Source: a virus. From it: a DNA stretch of 64,000 nt. Numbering within the stretch: position 1 is the stretch's first letter; each line of letters opens with the position of its first letter. Below the pieces are notes generated by a model. That model saw only the letters and a program-made list of their open reading frames with translations. It was not told the DNA's origin and made no database searches. The translations under genes were made by a program, and so were the position numbers. The DNA lies in the IMG/VR virus record IMGVR_UViG_3300005471_000011, positions 32,001 through 96,000 of that record; one strand, written 5' to 3'. Of the stretch, positions 37,490-46,097 are shown piece by piece.

Positions 37490-38019
37490 TGCGCTATCTC
37501 GTGGTTGATCTTGAGGCTACGTGCTGCGATGATGATTCGATTGCAGCCAGCGAGCAGGAGACCATCGAGATTGGTGCGGCGATGCTTGATCGAGCAGTGG
37601 TCGCAACCTTCCAGACGTTCGTGCGCCCGCAAAGACATCCGTTGCTGACTCGGTTCTGCATGGAGCTGACAGGCATCAAGCAGCAAGATGTTGATAGCGC
37701 CGCGCCATTACCGGCGGCATTCACGTCATTCCTTGAATGGGCGCTTCAATTTGGGGCATGGCACTTTGCCTCATGGGGGACATTCGATGAGCAGCAATTG
37801 TTGCGCGACTGCGCCTTCCACGACATAGCGTACCCGATGGGAAGGCACATCGACTTGGCGCACGTGTTTAGGAAGCACGCGGGCTGCACCGCTGGGCGCG
37901 AGCGAGCAATGCGGTTGCTTGGAGTTAAGCCGGAAGGCACACGCCATCGCGGGATAGATGACGCCAGGAACGCAGCAGGCATCGCCGCAGAGATGCAGTC
38001 GCGTGGTTGGATGACGTAG
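37489..38019 (+). CDS. DEDDh 3'-5' exonuclease (ERI-1/KapD-like)
   Basis: VVDLEATC, ETIEIGA, FCMELTGIKQ, SWGTFD, HRGIDDARN; true ATG at 37489. Confidence 0.85.
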   Translation: MRYLVVDLEATCCDDDSIAASEQETIEIGAAMLDRAVVATFQTFVRPQRHPLLTRFCMELTGIKQQDVDSAAPLPAAFTSFLEWALQFGAWHFASWGTFDEQQLLRDCAFHDIAYPMGRHIDLAHVFRKHAGCTAGRERAMRLLGVKPEGTRHRGIDDARNAAGIAAEMQSRGWMT

Positions 38020-38025
38020 CAGTCA

Positions 38026-38763
38026 CTACGGGAGTTTGCCGCGTCGCAATTCGGAGTAGGAGATCGGCGGACGCGGCGATAGGTTCTCAATGGGCTGCTC
38101 GACCGCTTGCTGTGCCGCCTGCTGAATGTCGAGCACCTGCTTCTCCGCTTGCTCGCGCTCGACGGCTTCGATGTCCCGGCGCACCTGCTCAAGCTGGACC
38201 TGCCGGACCTCGGCGGCGGTAAGTCGTTTTGGCTGGGGCAATGTCGGCTCGCGGACGATCTTGGGCTTGACGTTGGCGGCGACGCTGACGGTTTGCGGCT
38301 CCGCAGCTACCGGTGCCGGCTGGGCGGGGTTGAAGGGGTCCAAGTTCTGGACGCCGCAGATGATCAGCCAGCCCAAGGCCAGCCCGCCAGCGCCCCCCAG
38401 GACGCAGCGGACGACGTGATCGGCTAGCGAAGGCAGCTTGTCGCGATGCCTGCGCCGGCGGTGCTGGCGGATGGCAAATGCAGGCCGGGCAGCTTGAACC
38501 GCGGGGGCGCAGGTCAAGGGTGGAGCGAACGGTTCGCCGGACTCCAGCTCGATCCCCTGGCTCTCGCCGCCCAGGGCTCGCCAGGACGCCCAGAAGTCAT
38601 CCCGGTTGGCACACATGCCTTCATGGACCAACAGCGGTCCCAAGCCTCCTGCGCAGCTACAGTGCAGCCCCAGGCCCATGACGGCGACGGGTGTAGCCAC
38701 AAGCTGCTGTCCGAAGAACGTCACGTTAAGCGGTTTCATTGCCAAGCCTCCCAGATTTCCCAT
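38026..38763 (-). CDS. Hypothetical membrane-anchored protein
   Basis: Fills the gap on the - strand; one hydrophobic helix, then Pro/Ala linker and coiled coil; start uncertain. Confidence 0.45.
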   Translation of the reverse strand: MGNLGGLAMKPLNVTFFGQQLVATPVAVMGLGLHCSCAGGLGPLLVHEGMCANRDDFWASWRALGGESQGIELESGEPFAPPLTCAPAVQAARPAFAIRQHRRRRHRDKLPSLADHVVRCVLGGAGGLALGWLIICGVQNLDPFNPAQPAPVAAEPQTVSVAANVKPKIVREPTLPQPKRLTAAEVRQVQLEQVRRDIEAVEREQAEKQVLDIQQAAQQAVEQPIENLSPRPPISYSELRRGKLP

Positions 38764-38938
38764 GTTGCCGGTGTCATTTTACCGTCACGCGCCAAACAAA
38801 AAAACGGCGCATTTGTATAGGGGGACGGCTGATCACGGACATGCGGCGCATATGAGTTTGGCGTGTCCCTATTGACTTTGCCGGCAAACCGCCATAGCGG
38901 CACTGTGGTTTACGGGATTTTCCAGGTATTTTCAGCTA

Positions 38939-38967
38939 TTGACGCAGAAACTTTGAATCGGTAAAAT
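38939..38967 (+). promoter_or_regulatory. Sigma70-type promoter
   Basis: TTGACG, 17 bp, TAAAAT. Confidence 0.7.
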
Positions 38968-39009
38968 AACGGCACTGGGCCAACGAATACATGATAGGGA
39001 ACGCAAACC

Positions 39010-39414
39010 ATGACCACCGAGGACGAAAATGAAAACCTTCAGCAAGCAGCGGTTGACCAAGGCAATTCAGAAGTACGCCAGGAAGCACGGCTTCAGCGCC
39101 AGCACGGTGAGGACGGTAACAAGCCTGCGACTGGCCGCGCTCCGCGAAAGCGGTTTGGTTTAGGCTCCGGCAACACGCCGGCAATCGGCTGGCACACATT
39201 TCAGCAGTGCGAGAATGCCATCCGCTGCGACCGAATCAACGTGATGCTGGATTCCGGCAAGCGAGTGTTCGGCGACGACGGGAAGGACGAGCCAGGGACA
39301 TGGCACGAGATAGAAGAGGCGGTTGAACCGATGAGCCACGGCTTGTATGTGAAAACAAAGGACGGGAGGAGGATTCGGATTTATGCCTACGACGCATCGG
39401 ATGCACGACAATAG
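39010..39414 (+). CDS. Hypothetical protein
   Basis: ATG downstream of the promoter. Confidence 0.45.
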   Translation: MTTEDENENLQQAAVDQGNSEVRQEARLQRQHGEDGNKPATGRAPRKRFGLGSGNTPAIGWHTFQQCENAIRCDRINVMLDSGKRVFGDDGKDEPGTWHEIEEAVEPMSHGLYVKTKDGRRIRIYAYDASDARQ

Positions 39415-39471
39415 GGCTTCGGCCCTTAATGCGGCTCGGCACGTTGCCGAACGGTCCCAAGGAGCCCAGTA

Positions 39472-40434
39472 ATGGCATGGCATGACTACCCACTTGCGAT
39501 CCGCGGCATGGCTGCGACAGCCGGCCGCACGGAGCAGGGACTCATCGACCACATGCAGGAGATCGTGCGGCGGGACATGATCACCGGCGCTCGCAAGGTC
39601 GCCTTCATCAACAGCCTGGCGCATTTCGGAGGGGAGTTGCGGTGGACACAGGCGCATCGCCCGTACTATGACGTCTATCCGTCGGTAGTTCGGGCTTTCC
39701 TCAACGTGGACCTGGACAAGCTGCTTTGCGACCACGTGCGGCTGCCAATCCCGGACTTGCTTGTCCGATTCCAGCCGGGGCATGAGTTGCCGGGCGGCGA
39801 CGGCGCTTTGGTGCGCAGCTTCCTGGTGAGCATGACCGAGCAGCACAGAACCTCCAACGCCGGCATGCTGGTCGGCATCGATGAATGGCGGGAAGGGCAG
39901 GAAGTCCCCAACCACACGGTCACCGTAGTATCGCTGGCACCTGGGACGACCGTCATGTCGCGGCTAGTTCGCGGGCGTGAAATCACGGGCACGCTGATCG
40001 AGGCCGGCGTGAATGATACCACAGTGGATAACGTATTCCGGTTCGCGGTGGCTCTGTGCCTACTCAAAGACCAGATGGACTTAGTCAGCCCCGAACCGCT
40101 GGAGGCCGACCGCAGTAAGTGGGACGCGACCCATGATCCAAAGCTGCTGGAAAAGGCAGCGCGGCGCGGCAAGCGATGCTGGTCCATCGGCAAGCACATC
40201 GAGGTCGCACCGGGATTCCGCCGTCCGCATTTTGCGATCCGCTGGATGGGCAAAGGCGGCACGGACCCGAGGCTGCGACCCATCAAGGGCTGCCTTGTGC
40301 GGCGTGAGAAGCTGGCGGAAGTCCCCACGGGCTACCTGGACATCCAGCTAGACGAGGAAGCCTTAGCCGCAGTAGAATCCGCGCATGGAACGCCAGCCAA
40401 AGCCGTGGGGACGGACGACCCCCATCATCCGTGA
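39472..40434 (+). CDS. Hypothetical phage protein
   Basis: AAGGAG RBS; 320 aa; PGFRRPHFAIRW.GKG motif. Confidence 0.7.
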   Translation: MAWHDYPLAIRGMAATAGRTEQGLIDHMQEIVRRDMITGARKVAFINSLAHFGGELRWTQAHRPYYDVYPSVVRAFLNVDLDKLLCDHVRLPIPDLLVRFQPGHELPGGDGALVRSFLVSMTEQHRTSNAGMLVGIDEWREGQEVPNHTVTVVSLAPGTTVMSRLVRGREITGTLIEAGVNDTTVDNVFRFAVALCLLKDQMDLVSPEPLEADRSKWDATHDPKLLEKAARRGKRCWSIGKHIEVAPGFRRPHFAIRWMGKGGTDPRLRPIKGCLVRREKLAEVPTGYLDIQLDEEALAAVESAHGTPAKAVGTDDPHHP

Positions 40435-40834
40435 CCCGCTGTATCACGTTGATCGCATCGCCGTTGAGCCGGGAGGGCACTGCTCCATCCACCGCCACTT
40501 GCACAAGAGCAACGCTTTTCACGTACTATCCGGCGCGCTGCTCGTAGTGCGGTTCACCCAGGTCGGAGGCGTCGGGCCGCACACGTGGATGACCGCCGGG
40601 AACACTTACACGCTCTATCCCGGCTGGTGGCATCAGTTCTGGACGAAGATCGGCGCTGAGGCATTAGAGGTGTACCTGCCGGCGACGGAGAACCCGGTTG
40701 ACGTGGCAGACATCGAGCGGCATCCGCAGTTCAGCGAGGGCGGAATTCTGGATTACAACATGCTCACTCCGCGATGGCACCAAGTATTCAAGCCGCTGGA
40801 GATCGAAGTCCCGGCGCTGCAACTCCAGCTATAG
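40385..40834 (+). CDS. Cupin-domain protein (sugar isomerase-like)
   Basis: CSIHRHLHKSNAFHVLSG...PGWWHQF...LEVY. Confidence 0.7.
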   Translation: MERQPKPWGRTTPIIRDPLYHVDRIAVEPGGHCSIHRHLHKSNAFHVLSGALLVVRFTQVGGVGPHTWMTAGNTYTLYPGWWHQFWTKIGAEALEVYLPATENPVDVADIERHPQFSEGGILDYNMLTPRWHQVFKPLEIEVPALQLQL

Positions 40835-40842
40835 GAAACCTG

Positions 40843-41067
40843 ATGGGCTGGTATCCGTGTGAGCTATGCAAAGGCAACGGGTGGGCGCTGAAGCCGGGCA
40901 AGGGCTGGTGGCACGTGCTGCTGTGGGCGTTGCACTGGGACATGGCGTCACCTTCGCGGACCCCTTGGATGCAATGCCCACACTGCAACGGCAGGGGCTA
41001 CGAGCCGCCGCCGTGGACGGGAAGCAGGCCATTGCCTCCACCTCCACCGCCGAAGAAGTATGCCTGA
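40843..41067 (+). CDS. Small protein with two CxxCxGxG motifs
   Basis: CELCKGNG and CPHCNGRG; ATG at 40843. Confidence 0.55.
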   Translation: MGWYPCELCKGNGWALKPGKGWWHVLLWALHWDMASPSRTPWMQCPHCNGRGYEPPPWTGSRPLPPPPPPKKYA

Positions 41068-41272
41068 TGCACGAGACGTTCCGGCGCTGGCAGGAGATCG
41101 GCGGCTTGGTCCGCGAATCTGGCTGCTTCGCCCTGGTGGACCGGATGGCTTTGCGGGAATATACCAACGTGGGCAGCTTGCAGCGTTGGCAGGTGATTGA
41201 CGAGTCCCAGGAGTGGTATCGGACGTTTCGCAGCGCGGCGCAGGCAGCGACCTGCCTGGAGGATCAAACCTG

Positions 41273-41536
41273 ATGGCTGCCACGATTCTCACCGATGAGC
41301 TTTCACCCGCTGAGCGATTTGCCACGGCCGTCGGCTTGGTGCTTGCCGGCGACTACTTCAAGCTGGACGCGAAGAACCCAGACGAGGAATACCAAATCAC
41401 GATCATGATCGCCAAGCTGGTAGAGAGATTGAACGTCAGCAAGGAATTCAGCCGCGCCGCTGCGGAGACGGCGGAGTTGGGCCAAATCTTCCGCGAGGCG
41501 CGTTCCGAGATCAACGCCAAGAGGCGCGGTAAATGA
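41273..41536 (+). CDS. Hypothetical protein
   Basis: GGAGG RBS; ATG at 41273. Confidence 0.5.
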   Translation: MAATILTDELSPAERFATAVGLVLAGDYFKLDAKNPDEEYQITIMIAKLVERLNVSKEFSRAAAETAELGQIFREARSEINAKRRGK

Positions 41537-41817
41537 AGTGCGAAAACAACTGCCGCAAGACTTCATCTCACTGCCATTGCTGCGCGGAAGTCTCGCCGCC
41601 GCTGGAGTGCGTCCCGTGCCGGCTATGCGGGGATCGCGACGAGATGTACGCGGAGATCCCCGTGGAGGGCGACTGGCACGGGCAAGGCTTCGTCATGCGG
41701 ATCGGCTGCCTCTGTCCGGCGTCGATGGAGCTTGAGAAGGACGAGACGCGAACGGAGTTTGAAATCTACGAGGAATCTATTTTGCAGTGGAACGAAATGC
41801 AGGAGGATCGAGGGTGA
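41533..41817 (+). CDS. Small Cys-rich protein (Lar-like layout)
   Basis: PCRLCG...IGCLC...ILQWN. Confidence 0.45.
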   Translation: MKCENNCRKTSSHCHCCAEVSPPLECVPCRLCGDRDEMYAEIPVEGDWHGQGFVMRIGCLCPASMELEKDETRTEFEIYEESILQWNEMQEDRG

Positions 41818-42641
41818 ACATCCGCGAGAACCTAACCGTCGTCGTGGGCGTGGACGCCAAGACGCTGATCCAGTTCGAGCAGTCCCACAGGACATGGCGG
41901 CTGCACCATCCGTGGCTGTTTCAAATCCCTTGGGTCGTGTTCTTCGACGGCGAAGTCGAGAACCTTAAGACCGCCATCCATGAGCGCAGGCAGTTCCCGG
42001 AAGGCACAACGTTCGTTTCCTGGCCGCACTGCGCCTACAAGCTGGACGGGGAGACGCTGCGGAAGCCCAAGTACGAATCCCAACGGGAAAAAATGCTTTC
42101 CGGGCACGTTTACGTTCCAGCAATGTTCGTTGAAACGGATTGGCACCTGAAGCTGGATACCGACTGCGTGGCACAAGGGCCATCTCCAAACTGGCCAGAC
42201 CCGGAATGGTTCAGACAGGACGACTTTGATCGGTTCCCAGCGTGGGTCGCGCCGAAATGGTTTTACACGAAAGGGATCAATGCTCTTGGCAGGCTAGAGG
42301 ATTGGGGAGACCGCGTGCAGGCGCTGGCTCAGAAGCCGCGATTGAACATTCCATTTGATCCAAAAGCGATGCGGGTCGGGCATCCACGTATGTGTAGCTG
42401 GTGCTCTTTTTATCGAACGTCCTTTACAAAGAGGCTTGTCAATTGGCTCAGCGAAACTATGCCGCCTGGGCAATTACCAATCCCAAGTCAAGATGGCGTC
42501 GCGTGGTACGCCGCAGCGCGCGCAGGTGAATACACTCGGATTGCTAATCAGAAATCGCATCTTTGGACCAATGTCCCGAAGCTCGGTAACTTGATCGCGC
42601 TCGTGCAGCGAGTCATGCGCGGAGAGCCGGTTGATGCTTAA
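41814..42641 (+). CDS. GT-A-like glycosyltransferase
   Basis: VVVGVD, VETDWHLKLDTD (DxD), PSQD; GTG at 41814. Confidence 0.55.
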   Translation: MNIRENLTVVVGVDAKTLIQFEQSHRTWRLHHPWLFQIPWVVFFDGEVENLKTAIHERRQFPEGTTFVSWPHCAYKLDGETLRKPKYESQREKMLSGHVYVPAMFVETDWHLKLDTDCVAQGPSPNWPDPEWFRQDDFDRFPAWVAPKWFYTKGINALGRLEDWGDRVQALAQKPRLNIPFDPKAMRVGHPRMCSWCSFYRTSFTKRLVNWLSETMPPGQLPIPSQDGVAWYAAARAGEYTRIANQKSHLWTNVPKLGNLIALVQRVMRGEPVDA

Positions 42642-43180
42642 GACAGCCATTTCCAGGTCGCGCCGTACAGTACATCCCTTACGCAACCGACGCTGACGTT
42701 GAACACTGCTGCGATCCATTTATGACGCTTGCCGACAGCGCGAAATGCTCGAATCGCATGGACCTCTTGTTCGGTCAGGATGGCACTTCCGTGTCCTTCT
42801 CCTTTGGCAATTGTGCCGTGAATGATTTTATCATTCATGTTGCTCTTGCGGGTATCCCATCGCAAGTTGTCAATATCATTATCGTGCTCGTTCCCGTTTT
42901 CATGGCAGCCTTCCAGGCCGACCGGACATGGCCCAACAAAAACTGCAAGCATTAATTGATGCATCAAAATTTGCAATTCGCGGCCAGCCTTTCCGTCTTT
43001 CAATGTGGCCTTGAGGTAATTGCCACGACGTTGCAATTTCAATCTGCGAGGCGTTTTGTAAACCCCACCATTCCCGCCAGGTTTTTTGATTGACCAGAGT
43101 TGCCCGGACCGCGAGAGAAAATAACCGGGCCAATCCGGGATTGGCGTCAATTCAGGAATAGCGGTAGAATCCGCAGACAT
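42638..43180 (-). CDS. HNH homing endonuclease with C-terminal HTH
   Basis: PIPDWPGY..S..G, MHQLMLAVFVGPCP, CHENGNEHDN...NLRWDTRKSN; lower GC, opposite strand. Confidence 0.85.
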   Translation of the reverse strand: MSADSTAIPELTPIPDWPGYFLSRSGQLWSIKKPGGNGGVYKTPRRLKLQRRGNYLKATLKDGKAGRELQILMHQLMLAVFVGPCPVGLEGCHENGNEHDNDIDNLRWDTRKSNMNDKIIHGTIAKGEGHGSAILTEQEVHAIRAFRAVGKRHKWIAAVFNVSVGCVRDVLYGATWKWLS

Positions 43181-43495
43181 TCGATGTACCTCCAGTAAAG
43201 GTGCATTGGGTTCGGCCGTGCCGGGGCTAAATCCGGCACGGCCCCTATTGTACAGTAGGCGGGGAATGATTCAACGCATGGCCAAGAGCATCCTCAAGGA
43301 TGATGAACCCCAGCCTCGCAAGCTCAAGGATTCCGAGCGCAGCGCGCGAGGGTTGGGCTGGGAATACAAGCGACGCGGCCGGTTGCTCAAGTCCAATCCA
43401 TTTCCAGCCGGCACCTTGAAGCACTCAGAATTCATCGCGGGCTGGAACGAATACACGCCGCCGGACAGCAAGACGGCGCACGACGGGGACATCGA

Positions 43496-44407
43496 ATGAA
43501 TGACGGTTGTTTGTTTTTTAACGCTGGTTCCCGCCATGCCATCCACTTGATCGTCGCACTGGCTTCGCTGCGCAAGCACTGGCAAGGTCCCGTGGCAGTC
43601 GTCACGGAGGTTGACGGACCCGGTCGGCGCGTCGCGGAAGCGTGCGCCGAGGATGGGCGGCTGGGTGCGATCCAGGTGATCCCCAGCGAGGAAGTCCAGG
43701 CTGGCGGCAGCGGCAAGGCTTATTACAGCAAGACCAAGCTACCGCGTCTGACGCCGTTCGACCGCACAATATTCCTGGACGCCGACGTGCTGGTGGTCAA
43801 ACCATTCCAGGAGCTGTGGCCTGAAGAAGGCGAGGCAGTGATCACGCAATTCTCTGACTGGGTATCTACGGGCGGCAAGATGTCCCAGAGAATTAAAGGC
43901 TGGCGGGAGGTAGAGCCGCATCGCGTAGCAAGGCAGCTCGCGGAGAAGTGGCCGGCGATCAACACTGGGGTCATCGCGTGGTGCGGCGACGGCGGCGAGT
44001 GGGCACAGGACTGGACGGACACCGGTTCGCGGCGGATCAGCTTCATCGGCGATGAAATAGCGATGCAGTTAATCTTTCCGGATCATGAGTGCCGCATCGT
44101 CGCGTGCCATTTCAACGCCAGTCCTGTGTTCGATGCCTGTCCCATCCGCGAGAAGTATAAGTGGCCTTGGGACGAGGAGCACGGCGTTGCGGTGCGCAGC
44201 GAGGACGTTCGGGTTTGGCATTTTCATGGGTTCAAAGCGTGGAAGCGTCCCGCCGGTTGGAAGCTCTATCGGCAGAACTACATGGACGCACTGGACGTGA
44301 ATCTAGCCGGCATCCGCGAACACCCGGTCAATGGCAAGCACTTGAATCTGCTGCCGGAGCAGGATCAGCGGATCATTCGCGGCGCTATGATGGCGGCGGT
44401 TAGTTGA
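43496..44407 (+). CDS. GT8-like glycosyltransferase
   Basis: LASLRKH, K...TPFDRTIFLDADVL, AINTGV, GDE, FN, WHFHG. Confidence 0.75.
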   Translation: MNDGCLFFNAGSRHAIHLIVALASLRKHWQGPVAVVTEVDGPGRRVAEACAEDGRLGAIQVIPSEEVQAGGSGKAYYSKTKLPRLTPFDRTIFLDADVLVVKPFQELWPEEGEAVITQFSDWVSTGGKMSQRIKGWREVEPHRVARQLAEKWPAINTGVIAWCGDGGEWAQDWTDTGSRRISFIGDEIAMQLIFPDHECRIVACHFNASPVFDACPIREKYKWPWDEEHGVAVRSEDVRVWHFHGFKAWKRPAGWKLYRQNYMDALDVNLAGIREHPVNGKHLNLLPEQDQRIIRGAMMAAVS

Positions 44408-44432
44408 CGGTTGAATGTAGCGTCTGTAAAAT
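44404..44432 (+). promoter_or_regulatory. Sigma70-type promoter (probably near-leaderless transcript)
   Basis: TTGACG, 17 bp, TAAAAT; ATG at 44440. Confidence 0.7.
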
Positions 44433-44439
44433 GCTGGTC

Positions 44440-45264
44440 ATGAAAACCGTCGAAATCATCACGCATTGTTTCGCCGAGAAGATTCCCGCGTTCGCTTCAC
44501 TGCTGACGGCACAACTCAGCAGCTTGATCCTGTGGGAGCCGAGGAACTGCATGGCGGTTCTAACGATTTGCTATGCAGAAGATGACCAGCGAACAAAATG
44601 GGTTATCGAACGACTGGTCGAAATTGTGGACGGTTGCAAGGAGGATGAACCGGAACTGGCCCGTGCAATTGATACCGGCTTAGTGCCGTGCCCGCATCCT
44701 AGAGTCGATATGAAGTTGCTGTTTGAGCTAGACCGCGCAAAACTATTTCGTCGCTCTATCGGACGCAACATGGCAGCTCGCCGTAGCCGCGCAGACATCG
44801 TGTGGTTCGCAGACTGCGACTACATCTTCGGAGAAGGCTGCCTGGACGCGCTGGCTGCCTCTGAGTTCACCGGCTTGACATATCCCCAAGAGGTCCAAAT
44901 CCACCGCGCACACCACATCGGCGACGCGGAGATTGCCAGGATCAAGCCGGGCGAGCTGTTCACGCCGGACCTGTCGTTGTTTGAAACCAAGCGGGAGAAG
45001 TTCGCCATCGGCGGGCTGCAAATCGTTCCCGGCGACGTGGCGCGGAAGTATGGCTACTGCGACGGCGGACGCTGGCAGAAGCCGGCTGATCCGGCGCAAG
45101 GATTCCAGGACACGCGAGAGGACAAAGCTTACCGCCAGGAGATGATCGAGAAGTGCGGGCCAAGCAAGGCGATCCATCTACCCAACCTTTATCGGTTCCG
45201 CCACAGTGAGTCGGCTTTTGAGGATTCCGCCAAGCGGCTGGCGCAGACCGCTGGAAAGGTCTAA
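44440..45264 (+). CDS. GT2-like glycosyltransferase
   Basis: RSIGRNMAARRSRADIVWFADCDYIF, GGLQI, ED, RH. Confidence 0.75.
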   Translation: MKTVEIITHCFAEKIPAFASLLTAQLSSLILWEPRNCMAVLTICYAEDDQRTKWVIERLVEIVDGCKEDEPELARAIDTGLVPCPHPRVDMKLLFELDRAKLFRRSIGRNMAARRSRADIVWFADCDYIFGEGCLDALAASEFTGLTYPQEVQIHRAHHIGDAEIARIKPGELFTPDLSLFETKREKFAIGGLQIVPGDVARKYGYCDGGRWQKPADPAQGFQDTREDKAYRQEMIEKCGPSKAIHLPNLYRFRHSESAFEDSAKRLAQTAGKV

Positions 45265-45464
45265 TGTCAAAGCCAGATTCCTATCGCCAATGCACGCTCA
45301 GGCGGACCGCTGCAAAGAACACGATCATTGAAATGGTCGAGTGGGTGCCGCAGCGCATAGCTTCCATCGACAACGTGGTTGAATGCAACGGCTTCGCTTG
45401 GTTTATAGTCCATGTTGGTCAGGAATCCAGCGATCCGCGTTCGGCGCATGTGAAAACCAAATGA
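45264..45464 (+). CDS. Hypothetical protein
   Basis: Overlapping start and stop on both sides. Confidence 0.5.
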   Translation: MSKPDSYRQCTLRRTAAKNTIIEMVEWVPQRIASIDNVVECNGFAWFIVHVGQESSDPRSAHVKTK

Positions 45465-46003
45465 GCCGCCTCTTCCCTGAAGTCATCCGCGACCGTGGAC
45501 TAGTGCGCGAAGTGTTCATAGAAACCGGCACGGGAGGCGGCATGTCCGTGCGGCGCTGCCGCAGGCTGTTCAGCATGATCCACACGATTGAGTCCGACCT
45601 AGCGACCTACCAGAAGGCTGCACATGACCTGCGCACGTTCGGCAACGTGCGGTGCCACCACGGGCGCTCACCAGACCTGCTGCGCCGGATCATTGATCCC
45701 AAACTGCCGACGCTGTTCTACCTGGATGCGCACGCTGTGGCGCAGAACCCAGAACTGCCGGCACCCATCCAGGAATGTCCCCTGCTGGACGAGCTGCGCG
45801 CGATCTTCTCTTTCTCTTGGTCTGAGCCGCCGCCGATCATGGTGGATGACGCGGGCATGTACGGCGAGGAGTTCTGGTCTGGCAAGCGGGCGAAGGGCTA
45901 TGACCGGGCGCAGTGGCCGACGCTAGCGCAGGTGCTCGACGAACTCCCGGCGGGCTACCGCGCCAGCAACCACCGGGATATTCTGATCCTGGAGCCTCAA
46001 TGA
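45461..46003 (+). CDS. SAM-dependent methyltransferase-like protein
   Basis: FIETGT..G, IHTIE, G.S, FYLDAH, CPLLDEL, IMVDDA. Confidence 0.7.
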   Translation: MSRLFPEVIRDRGLVREVFIETGTGGGMSVRRCRRLFSMIHTIESDLATYQKAAHDLRTFGNVRCHHGRSPDLLRRIIDPKLPTLFYLDAHAVAQNPELPAPIQECPLLDELRAIFSFSWSEPPPIMVDDAGMYGEEFWSGKRAKGYDRAQWPTLAQVLDELPAGYRASNHRDILILEPQ

Positions 46004-46041
46004 AAAACTACACATCAACCGTTCCCGCTGACCGCACTGTC
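46000..46041 (+). pseudogene. 5' fragment (14 codons) of a phage gene interrupted by the IS element
   Basis: MKNYTSTVPADRTV joins in frame to SEIESMLVRAG at 50057. Confidence 0.75.
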
Positions 46042-46097
46042 GGCTTTGCCTAGAAAGTCGCGTTTGCCTAGTAAGTCGGCGGTCTGCCCAGAAAGTC

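Noticed and set aside
42638-43250. Group I intron around the HNH gene
   Set aside because: The HNH is on the opposite strand, the flanking genes look complete and there is no room for an intron core; treated as free-standing.
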